DNA from: Psychrobacter sp. DM4
Lineage (GTDB): Bacteria; Pseudomonadota; Gammaproteobacteria; Pseudomonadales; Moraxellaceae
DNA: 32,000 bases
Reading direction: 5' to 3'
Assembly: GCF_051307035.1 (NCBI RefSeq)
Contig: NZ_CP195536.1
Location: 990,001-1,022,000 of the forward strand
In this document: positions 15,342 to 23,106 of the stretch, piece by piece
Layout of the letters: the number at the start of each line of letters is the position of its first letter
Position numbering within the stretch: position 1 is the first letter of the stretch
Translations under genes and position numbers: made by a program
Notes under the pieces: generated by a model
What the model saw: only the letters and a program-made list of their open reading frames with translations
Told to the model about the DNA's origin: nothing
Databases searched by the model: none

Positions 15342-18300
15342 TTGACTTTCATGTTGCCTAAAAATTCTCAGCCTAGTAATTTTCAGCCCAAGGATCCCTC
15401 AGAAGATCCAGCTCAAAGAGATGCTCGTGCAGTACGGCACTGGTATCCTTTATCGTTTCTGCTCAAATTACTGATACTGATCTTGATCGTATTTGTGCTT
15501 ATGTTTGCTGTTTTCTTTTATATGGCAGGTACGGAGTCTGGCACTAAGTTCTTATTAGAAAAAATCAGCGCAGAAACAGGCATTGAGTTGACTTATGGCA
15601 GTGGTAATTTGCGCGATGGTATCTGGGTCAATGATATCGATATCAAAGCCAATGAAGACCTTGAAATACTCGTAGACAAAGCTTATGTCAAAATAGGCTG
15701 GCGGGCTATATTTGCAAAAGAAGTGCATTTGCGTGACGCTGATATCCAAACGATAGAAATCATCAACAATAAGCCGCCAACGGGCGAGCCGTTCGACTAC
15801 AAAACTCTTCAATTACCAGTCAATCTACGCTTTGATCAGGCAAAAATCAAAAACATTATCTACAAGCAAGTGACAAAAGACCCGATCACTATCCATGACA
15901 TTACGGCGCGCGATTTGACATGGGTAGATACTCTGGTAACTGTAGGTCGTGGCGACTTGCGTTATGCTGATATTGTCAAAGTCAATGCGCTACAAGGCGA
16001 GATTGATCTTCAAGGCGACTATCCTTTAGATCTATCTGCTATCGTTGAGGTAAGCGCACTCGAAAAAGCCTACGTCGATCCGCTTAATGTAACGGCAACA
16101 GGTAGCCTAAAGCGTACTGTGGGCCGCGTGCGTAGTCGTTATAACGATAGCGACGTCAGTGGTGATTTTGTCGTACAGGGTCTGGATAAAGACGCTCCGT
16201 TCCAAGCCAAATTGCAATGGGATGACCTCTTGCTCCCTTATGCCGAAGAGCAAAACATCCATCTCAAAAGCGGTATTGCGACTGCAAGCGGCGTCATCTC
16301 TGAGATACGTCTGCGTATCAATACGGAGCTGAGCGCAAAAGACATTCCGTCAGGACGTTACCAAGGACGCGCCATCGTCGCTAATAGTCAACTGCGTATT
16401 GATCGCTTGGATGCTGATGTGCCAGCAGGACGTTTAACGGTACAAGGTATCTTGGACTGGAAAGACAGTTTTGATGCCAAGATACGCGCAAGCGGTAGCA
16501 ATTTTGACATCCGCCGTGCTATTCCAGAGCAGTACGCAGACTTCAAAGCTTATGCTCCCCAAAAACTCAATGGCCGCTTGTCACTACATTTTCAGCAGCG
16601 AAATATCAGTAACAATTTGGAGGTGGATATTGATTTGCGTCAGCGCGATGGCGAGCACGTTAATGCTAATATCGTTCGCGGCAAGACATCAGCGAAATCC
16701 AAACAAGCAGCGCCTTTATACATCGATGCCAGTTGGCAGAACCTAACGCGCCGCGATGTCCCTAATATCGGTAATATCGATAGCCCGTATGGCCGCGCTA
16801 ATGTCATCGTACGTGGCTCCGTGCTCTCTGTTGACGCCAATGCCATGATCAATGAGCTAAACGTAGCACCAAAAGGCAACTATGATGTACGCCTGCGCAA
16901 AAATGGTAATACTATTGATCTCAATCGTATCAACTACAACGGTATCGTTGGTGACCTGTCTGGCAATGGTCAGATACAGCTAGCAACCACGCAGCGTCCG
17001 CTAACGTGGCAGGTTGATGCACGTACCAACGGCCTACTGCCTAAACAATATCGCAGCGACTTGCCACTTGAACGTCTCACAGGGAATCTTAGCGCGCGTG
17101 GTCGCCTGATTAATATCACCAAAAACGGGGTTAAAGGTCAGCGCCATATTATCAGTCTAAATAACACTGATCTCCAAGCCACCCTTGACGCCTCACAAGA
17201 CAATCGCCGTATCGGTATTAGTGGCGGCGGTGATGCCAGTATAGATTTGGTTGGTGGTGAGCTATCGGTATTTGATGCGCGCTTCGATGGTCAGATTGAT
17301 ACCAAAGACGTACCTAAAGGTCGTCTATCTATAGATGCTGCAGGTACGCCGAAACTGATTAACATCCGTAAGCTTAATTATGCAGGCGAGGCAGGTTCGG
17401 TTAATGCCAAAGGCGTCATAGATCTACGTAATAATATTGACTGGACAGTGACCGGTCGTTTTGATGACTTTAATCTAGGTTATTTCTTACCGAATAATCC
17501 GGCGATTCTTACGGGCGATCTCAACACTAGCGGACAGTGGCAACCTGCCAATCAAAACAATGCTAAGGGCAAGTTACAACGTTTTGCGATTAATTTTGAT
17601 GGTGTGCTCGACGCCGAGCAGCTACCTGCCGGCAAGCTGATGATTGAGGCTAGTGGCGACTCACAAGTGATCAAAATAAAACGCTTTAGTCATGTGGGCG
17701 CAGCAGGCAGCATTAGTGCCAATGGTACTGTCGATGTGCGACGAGGCGTTGCATGGGACATTAATGCGGTTATGAATCGCTTTAATTTGGGGTATTTTCT
17801 AAAAGATACGCCAAGTGTCATTACAGGTACGATTAATACCGATGGGCGCTGGAGTGATACCGAGCAGATCGTCAATATCGATAAAATAGATCTTAGCGGC
17901 ATGCTCAAAGGCCAACCGCTTAGCGCCAAAGGTAGCTTGAGTGCCAGGCTGAATTTACCAAAAGATATAACGAGTTACTTTGAGCGCCTGCAAAACCAAG
18001 ATGCCGAAACCCAATATCAGCAAGTTAACGCCCTAATTGAGAATTTGAATGCTAATAATTTAGTGCTGCGTTGGGGTGATAATTATCTTACCGCTAATGG
18101 CAATGCCAAACAACTACAGGCCAAGATTAACATTACAAGCCTCGATCAGCTCTCAGATCAGCTTAGCGGTAAAGTATCTGGCGGTGCAACATTATCGCAA
18201 CCAGCAGGACAGGCGCTACCGACCATCTATGTTGATTTGGTTGGTGAGCGTATTGCTCTTCCTGGATTTATTTTGCGTCAGGGTCGTATACGCGGCAAGC

Positions 18301-20351
18301 TGGTCAATCTTGCTAATAGTCCGAGCCAATTCATTATCAGTGCTGAAGGCTTAGATGCTGCGGGTCAAAGTTTCAAGCAAGTCAACGCAACCTTTAATGG
18401 TACTGAGCAGGCGCATATCGTCAACTTAGGTATCGCTAATGAGCAAATCGAAGTTGCCGCACGTATTAAGGGCGGTTTTGATCGCAATCAGCTTAGATGG
18501 TCAGGTGCTATTGGTAAAGGTCAAGTCAAGTCACAATATGCAACGCTCAATCAGCTGCAACCTGCGCAACTGGTTGTCGATTTGCCACGTGAACAAAATG
18601 GCAGCAGTCGCGATCTAAAAGTTCAGCTAGCAGCGCACTGTTGGCAAGCCGCAGATCAGACTGGCAAGCTGTGTTTACGTGAAAATCTAGTTGCCTCGCC
18701 AGATAGTGGTCAGGTTAATCTAGCGCTTCAAAAGCTAGACACGTCTTTGCTGTCAGTGTTTTTACCCAAAGATATAGATTGGCAAGGTCAAATCAATGGC
18801 AAGGCTATTATCGGCTGGCAGCGCGGTAAACCCCCAACGATCAACACGACCTTGTACTCAGACAACGGTAAAATTGGTCTGATGCAAGATGGAGATTCAG
18901 CGCCTGTAGTCCTGCCGTATGAGCGTGTATCCTTGATTGCCTTGTCTGTACCTGAAGGCATCAAACTGCGCACTGATATCAATACAGGGCGCGGCGCGCG
19001 CGGTTATGCTGAAGTGGTCGTCGACCCTTATAAAACGCCCAAACCTATCTCTGGGGCACTAGTATTAAATGAGCTCAATCTAGCGGTGTTTAAACCTTTC
19101 TTCCCAGGTATGCGCGTCCTCGAAGGTAATATGACCATGGCAGGCGGCCTTGGTGGTACCTTGAGCAAGCCGCAATTTTATGGTGATGTCAAGCTAGTAG
19201 ATGGCCGCGTAGCTATGCTCGATCTGCCGGTTAATCTATCGCGAATTAATGCCTCAGCTAAGATACGCGGGACTCAGGCAACTATCGATGGTAGGTTCAA
19301 TAGTGGGACAGGCACGGGTACGCTGACAGGGACTATCGATTGGCGTCAAAAGTTACAAGCTAAGCTAAGTGTCGTAGGTGAGCGTCTAGTCTTGACTCAG
19401 CCGCCACTATTACTCGCTGAAATCAACCCAGATATTGATATTATCGTGCGTCCAAGTGATCGCTATGTCAATATTCAGGGCGCTATCAGTGTACCGTCGG
19501 CGACGATTCGTCCACCAGAGGCAAGCGAAGATATCATTACACAAAGCGAAGATGTGGTTGTACTCGATAGACGTCTGATTGGCAACATTGATGAAGTATT
19601 AGCGATATCCAAGCCTTGGTCTATTAATGCTGATATCGGTATTGACTTGGGCGATGACATCAACTTCCGTGGCTTTGGTGCGGTCATTCCATTAGCGGGC
19701 GCTTTGAACATCACCCAAAATGGCACGGGCGTCATGCGTGCTAAAGGTGTGGTACAAGTAGCGCGCCGTACCGCGATTGATGCTTTTGGGCAGAATCTAG
19801 AGCTCAACTATGGTCAAGTGCGCTTTAATGGCGATGTCATGAAGCCCAACCTTAGCATTGAGGCCGTCAAAATCATTGACGATAGTACAGTAGGGGTACG
19901 AGTGACGGGTACGACTGAGAACCCAAATATCGTAGTCTTCAACGATGCAGGGCTCACGCAGCAGCAAGCGATGAACGCCTTAGTGACGGGTCGTATCAAT
20001 AACGGTAGCGCCACTCAAATCAGTGAGCAGGGCTTTAAGTCTCAAGTGACCAATAACTTAGCGGCAGCTGGTCTGAACTTTGGACTCGGTGGTACGCGTG
20101 GCTTTACCAATCAGATAGGTCAAGCGTTTGGTTTTCAGAGTCTGACGGTAGATGCTTCAGGTAGTAGTGAGGACACCAATATTAATGTCACAGGTTATGT
20201 AACACCTGACTTGTACATTCGCTACGGCGTCGGTGTTTTCAACGCTCAAAATAGTCTCTCAGCTCGTTATCAGTTAACGCGCCGCATTTATGTAGAGGCG
20301 ACCTCAGCTGCCGAAAATGCTGTTGACGTGGTCTATAGCTGGCAATTTTAG
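15342..20351 (+). CDS. tamB: Translocation and assembly module inner-membrane subunit TamB (DUF490 C-terminus)
   Basis: 1669-aa ORF, with a TTG at 15342 and an in-frame ATG at 15351. It has an N-terminal single TM anchor (LLKLLILILIVFVLMFAVFFYMA) and a long beta-rich body. The C-terminus (YIRYGVGVFNAQNSLSARYQLTRRIYVEATS...VVYSWQF) is typical of TamB. It lies 62-71 nt downstream of tamA. Confidence 0.85.
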   Translation: MTFMLPKNSQPSNFQPKDPSEDPAQRDARAVRHWYPLSFLLKLLILILIVFVLMFAVFFYMAGTESGTKFLLEKISAETGIELTYGSGNLRDGIWVNDIDIKANEDLEILVDKAYVKIGWRAIFAKEVHLRDADIQTIEIINNKPPTGEPFDYKTLQLPVNLRFDQAKIKNIIYKQVTKDPITIHDITARDLTWVDTLVTVGRGDLRYADIVKVNALQGEIDLQGDYPLDLSAIVEVSALEKAYVDPLNVTATGSLKRTVGRVRSRYNDSDVSGDFVVQGLDKDAPFQAKLQWDDLLLPYAEEQNIHLKSGIATASGVISEIRLRINTELSAKDIPSGRYQGRAIVANSQLRIDRLDADVPAGRLTVQGILDWKDSFDAKIRASGSNFDIRRAIPEQYADFKAYAPQKLNGRLSLHFQQRNISNNLEVDIDLRQRDGEHVNANIVRGKTSAKSKQAAPLYIDASWQNLTRRDVPNIGNIDSPYGRANVIVRGSVLSVDANAMINELNVAPKGNYDVRLRKNGNTIDLNRINYNGIVGDLSGNGQIQLATTQRPLTWQVDARTNGLLPKQYRSDLPLERLTGNLSARGRLINITKNGVKGQRHIISLNNTDLQATLDASQDNRRIGISGGGDASIDLVGGELSVFDARFDGQIDTKDVPKGRLSIDAAGTPKLINIRKLNYAGEAGSVNAKGVIDLRNNIDWTVTGRFDDFNLGYFLPNNPAILTGDLNTSGQWQPANQNNAKGKLQRFAINFDGVLDAEQLPAGKLMIEASGDSQVIKIKRFSHVGAAGSISANGTVDVRRGVAWDINAVMNRFNLGYFLKDTPSVITGTINTDGRWSDTEQIVNIDKIDLSGMLKGQPLSAKGSLSARLNLPKDITSYFERLQNQDAETQYQQVNALIENLNANNLVLRWGDNYLTANGNAKQLQAKINITSLDQLSDQLSGKVSGGATLSQPAGQALPTIYVDLVGERIALPGFILRQGRIRGKLVNLANSPSQFIISAEGLDAAGQSFKQVNATFNGTEQAHIVNLGIANEQIEVAARIKGGFDRNQLRWSGAIGKGQVKSQYATLNQLQPAQLVVDLPREQNGSSRDLKVQLAAHCWQAADQTGKLCLRENLVASPDSGQVNLALQKLDTSLLSVFLPKDIDWQGQINGKAIIGWQRGKPPTINTTLYSDNGKIGLMQDGDSAPVVLPYERVSLIALSVPEGIKLRTDINTGRGARGYAEVVVDPYKTPKPISGALVLNELNLAVFKPFFPGMRVLEGNMTMAGGLGGTLSKPQFYGDVKLVDGRVAMLDLPVNLSRINASAKIRGTQATIDGRFNSGTGTGTLTGTIDWRQKLQAKLSVVGERLVLTQPPLLLAEINPDIDIIVRPSDRYVNIQGAISVPSATIRPPEASEDIITQSEDVVVLDRRLIGNIDEVLAISKPWSINADIGIDLGDDINFRGFGAVIPLAGALNITQNGTGVMRAKGVVQVARRTAIDAFGQNLELNYGQVRFNGDVMKPNLSIEAVKIIDDSTVGVRVTGTTENPNIVVFNDAGLTQQQAMNALVTGRINNGSATQISEQGFKSQVTNNLAAAGLNFGLGGTRGFTNQIGQAFGFQSLTVDASGSSEDTNINVTGYVTPDLYIRYGVGVFNAQNSLSARYQLTRRIYVEATSAAENAVDVVYSWQF

Positions 20352-20383
20352 TCAAGTACATTGACGACTTTTTTGAGAATAAT

Positions 20384-20412
20384 AAAAAACGCCTTATCTG
20401 AAGGTGTTTTTT
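20384..20412. terminator. Bidirectional rho-independent terminator between convergent tamB and hemP
   Basis: Stem CGCCTT (20390-20395) / AAGGTG (20401-20406, one G-U pair) with a 5-nt loop. It is flanked by an A-run (20384-20389) and a T-run (20407-20412). Confidence 0.55.
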
Positions 20413-20425
20413 ATTATAAGGACTA

Positions 20426-20590
20426 TTATTTGGTCAAAATTAAACGATTATTACGGGTTAAGCGCAGACGATACTCTTCGCCTTCATGTTCAATACGTAC
20501 CTCTTTAGTCAACGCAAACAGATGCTCTGATTGTAGCGTCGGTAGACGATTCTCAGGGTTACTTAGATATCGAGATAAACTTATAGTCAT
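20426..20590 (-). CDS. hemP: Hemin uptake protein HemP-family small protein (54 aa)
   Basis: Not in the ORF track (<60 aa). My translation is MTISLSRYLSNPENRLPTLQSEHLFALTKEVRIEHEGEEYRLRLTRNNRLILTK. The C-terminal V-x-I-x-H-x-G-x-x-Y-x-L-R-x-T-x-x-x-x-L-I-L-T-K is the HemP signature. A strong AAGGAG SD lies about 7 nt upstream, and a Fur box overlaps its promoter. Confidence 0.7.
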   Translation of the reverse strand: MTISLSRYLSNPENRLPTLQSEHLFALTKEVRIEHEGEEYRLRLTRNNRLILTK

Positions 20591-20655
20591 AATTATTCTC
20601 CTTACATTTGAATAATGACAGCAGTTTAATGTGCCACTATATTAATTTTACTAAC

Positions 20656-20674
20656 GATAATGATTATCATTTAT
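20656..20674 (-). promoter_or_regulatory. Fur box (iron-responsive operator)
   Basis: On the minus strand it reads ATAAATGATAATCATTATC, matching the 19-bp Fur consensus GATAATGATAATCATTATC at 16/19 positions (15/19 on the plus strand). It overlaps the predicted -10 of hemP. Confidence 0.7.
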
Positions 20675-20691
20675 ATGATAAACTATTGCAA
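20663..20691 (-). promoter_or_regulatory. Candidate sigma70 promoter of hemP
   Basis: On the minus strand: TTGCAA (20691-20686), a 17-nt spacer, then GATAAT (20668-20663). This sits about 70 nt upstream of the hemP ATG, with the -10 embedded in the Fur box. Confidence 0.5.
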
Positions 20692-20785
20692 GTGCTGTTT
20701 GTCACCAGCAATTATTATTATCAGCATCTGCTGTACCCAAAATAGTATATATTTGCTCATGAATGACTATAAAAAAGGATCAAAA

Positions 20786-21220
20786 ATGTCTCAGCATAGT
20801 GCCGCAATACCTTCTTCAATTAATGTCGCTATCGCCGTCATTCACTACCAAAACTGGTATCTACTTGGGTTTCGTCATTCCTCTCAACATCAAGGCAACT
20901 TATACGAGTTTATTGGTGGCAAGATAGAATCCAATGAAACCGCTCAAAGTGCGTTAATCCGAGAAGTGAATGAAGAGGTGGGAATAGACCTTAGTCAAAA
21001 TTCAATAACTAAACTGGGACTCATCACTCATGATTATGGTGAGAAGACGGTGTGTTTGCATACTTATAATGTAGAGTTGACGCCCGCTCAATATGGGCAT
21101 CACAAGTTACAAAAACAGGGTCTAGAGGGTCAGTCGTTATCTTGGGTGACAAAATCTCAGCTATTAGCAGCAGAGTATCCGTTGCCTTCTGCTAATAAAG
21201 AGATATTGTCTTGGTTGTAG
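20786..21220 (+). CDS. mutT: Nudix hydrolase, MutT-type 8-oxo-dGTP diphosphatase
   Basis: The complete Nudix box GGKIESNETAQSALIREVNEEVGI (G-x5-E-x7-R-E-U-x-E-E-x-G-U) is present. I moved the start from the track's 20660 to the ATG at 20786 (MSQHSAAIP..., AAGGA upstream). The upstream 42 codons are Ile/Cys-rich translation of AT-rich promoter DNA that contains the Fur box. Confidence 0.75.
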   Translation: MSQHSAAIPSSINVAIAVIHYQNWYLLGFRHSSQHQGNLYEFIGGKIESNETAQSALIREVNEEVGIDLSQNSITKLGLITHDYGEKTVCLHTYNVELTPAQYGHHKLQKQGLEGQSLSWVTKSQLLAAEYPLPSANKEILSWL

Positions 21221-21726
21221 ATAGCGTACGAGTCTAAATACTCTCTTAAACGTTACAAACGGGATTTTAATACTTGGATAAACATAGAACAATGACAGTA
21301 GACACATAAGCGGTATGTTGATTACTGAGCATTGATAAAGAGTGAGTTTACAAAGACATAGCAATAGGGGTTTTAGTTCAAATAAGCGTTGAAGTTGTTT
21401 GTTTCAGATGATCCAAGAACATTATATGAATGAGTATGATTTACAAACCGTTGCTTTTTCCTACATAGCAACACTACAGTTAACATGATGATATCAATAT
21501 TATGATCTCAATATAAAAGACACCGAACAGCAAAGTTACTTAAACTCAAAATGACTTCAGATGACTCCAAATTTGAATTATAACATTCAATGCTAGCTCG
21601 ACAAGTCAACTTATCTTTAACTATTTATCTTTGGCTATTAGGCCTTGTACTCACTAGATGTTTATTTATATAAGATAATGACTACACAAGACACAACGTT
21701 ATAAAACTTAAAGTGTAGATGAATGA

Positions 21727-22821
21727 ATGAGCATTCGATTTACTATTTACATAGGTATACCCATGACAACTAATGAATCATTTCAGTCAGAATGGACGGA
21801 CTCAGCAGTGTCTAGTTCTCACTCTCAAAACGATGAGTTGTTCTATCATAATAACACTGACACAAATTGTGCTAGCAGTCATAGTGCTAGCAACGACGAT
21901 GAATACAAGAGCGATCATTCACTCTATAAGTCTACAGAATTACCCTCAGTAGAGGACTATCTACAAGCAGAGCAGTCGTCTGTTGAAAATATGATTTTAG
22001 AAGAGGATTCTGTAAGTATTAGTATTTATGATACCTATCTTAAAAGTGACAATCTATCTGACGATTATTTATTGGATGAGTCTGCTACTACAAGAGATAA
22101 CCAAGCTGGTACAGATGCCACTAGTCAAAAACCTCAGCCCCAAATACCAGAAAGGGTATTCATGAACGGACTTATCAAGCATACTACCATTGCGCTGGTT
22201 ATTATTGTTCCACTAGCAGTACTCTCTGCCTACGCAGCGCCCACGACTGTACCTGATGAAAAAGTAAATTCAACGTTTTCAGTTTTGCCAGTGACGCCTA
22301 ACGATATCATCTACAAGTCTACTACGACTCCAACGACTGTAGATAAGGTTGATTTGGCAAAGTATAGTGGCAAGTGGTATGAGATAGGGCGTATGCCTCT
22401 GTTCTTTCAACGCAACTGTGCTCGTGATGTGACAGCAACTTATGCAGGAAAAACTGACAGCTCTGACATTAGCGTCGTTAATGAATGTATCGCTGCAGAT
22501 GGCGAGGTTATTCGTAGCGAAGGTTTGGCTATGCCTGTTGATGCTACAGGCAGTCAGTTGAAGGTGACTTTTTTGCCCTCGTGGATTCGCTGGTTGCCTA
22601 TAGGCCGCGGTGATTATTGGGTTCTGGCTCGTGACAATCAGTATCAAACTGCCTTGGTCGGCACGCCTGACAAGAGCAACTTATGGCTGTTGGCTCGTAC
22701 TCCTGATATCTCTCAGCAAACCTATTCTAAGTATCGTCAGATTGCGCAGCAACAAGGTTATGACTTAAAAGAGTTCACTTTGACTCCGCAAACCAACCAA
22801 AGCGTAAACTTGGTACCTTAG
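21727..22821 (+). CDS. blc: Bacterial lipocalin (Blc-like) with long acidic N-terminal extension and TM anchor
   Basis: The C-terminal ~160 aa (from about 22339) align with E. coli Blc: YSGKWYEIGRMP..., VTATYAGK, LKVTF, YWVLARDNQYQTALVGTPDKSNLWLLARTP, GYDLKEF. One hydrophobic segment, TTIALVIIVPLAVLSAYA, is present. The frame is open for 145 codons upstream of an alternative ATG at 22162 (GAAAGGG SD-like), so the start is ambiguous. Confidence 0.7.
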   Translation: MSIRFTIYIGIPMTTNESFQSEWTDSAVSSSHSQNDELFYHNNTDTNCASSHSASNDDEYKSDHSLYKSTELPSVEDYLQAEQSSVENMILEEDSVSISIYDTYLKSDNLSDDYLLDESATTRDNQAGTDATSQKPQPQIPERVFMNGLIKHTTIALVIIVPLAVLSAYAAPTTVPDEKVNSTFSVLPVTPNDIIYKSTTTPTTVDKVDLAKYSGKWYEIGRMPLFFQRNCARDVTATYAGKTDSSDISVVNECIAADGEVIRSEGLAMPVDATGSQLKVTFLPSWIRWLPIGRGDYWVLARDNQYQTALVGTPDKSNLWLLARTPDISQQTYSKYRQIAQQQGYDLKEFTLTPQTNQSVNLVP

Positions 22822-22870
22822 TTAAAAGCATTAGACAACGGTATATCGTTATACCCAATAATGTTTTATG

Positions 22871-22902
22871 AAGACAGCAACTACGGCTGTCTTTGTCTGT
22901 TT
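22871..22902 (+). terminator. Rho-independent terminator after the lipocalin gene
   Basis: Stem AAGACAGC (22871-22878) / GCTGTCTT (22886-22893) with a 7-nt loop, followed by the T-rich TGTCTGTTT. Confidence 0.65.
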
Positions 22903-23106
22903 AGCGCCTTTTGCACATAATACGGCTCAAAAATGATATAAAAGCGAGTAGTCTGGTTTTGACTGGCAAAAAAAGGTGTTTTAGGCTAAAATCATTTCCA
23001 TCAAATTGTATCGCCAGCACTAGCTAGAGCTATAAAATTTCATATAAACACTTAGCGTATTATTTTTCGTACTAGAATACCCATTTATAATTTACTGACC
23101 ATAAGG

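Noticed and set aside
15555-20014. Short ORFs on both strands inside tamB (e.g. 16471..16746, 18076..18354, 19475..19807).
   Set aside because: They are fully nested in a continuous 1669-codon frame with recognisable TamB termini. They have no SDs and no recognisable motifs.
20361-20615. Track ORF 20361..20615 (+), 84 aa.
   Set aside because: It starts on a TTG, runs through the tamB/hemP terminator hairpin, and is antisense to the much better supported hemP ORF (which has a strong SD, a Fur-box promoter and a family signature).
20660-20785. N-terminal 42 codons of track ORF 20660..21220 (MIIIYMINYCKCCLSPAIIIISICC...).
   Set aside because: This is Ile/Cys-rich translation of AT-rich promoter DNA that includes the Fur box. 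The Nudix domain begins right after the internal ATG at 20786, which has an AAGGA upstream, so I moved the start.
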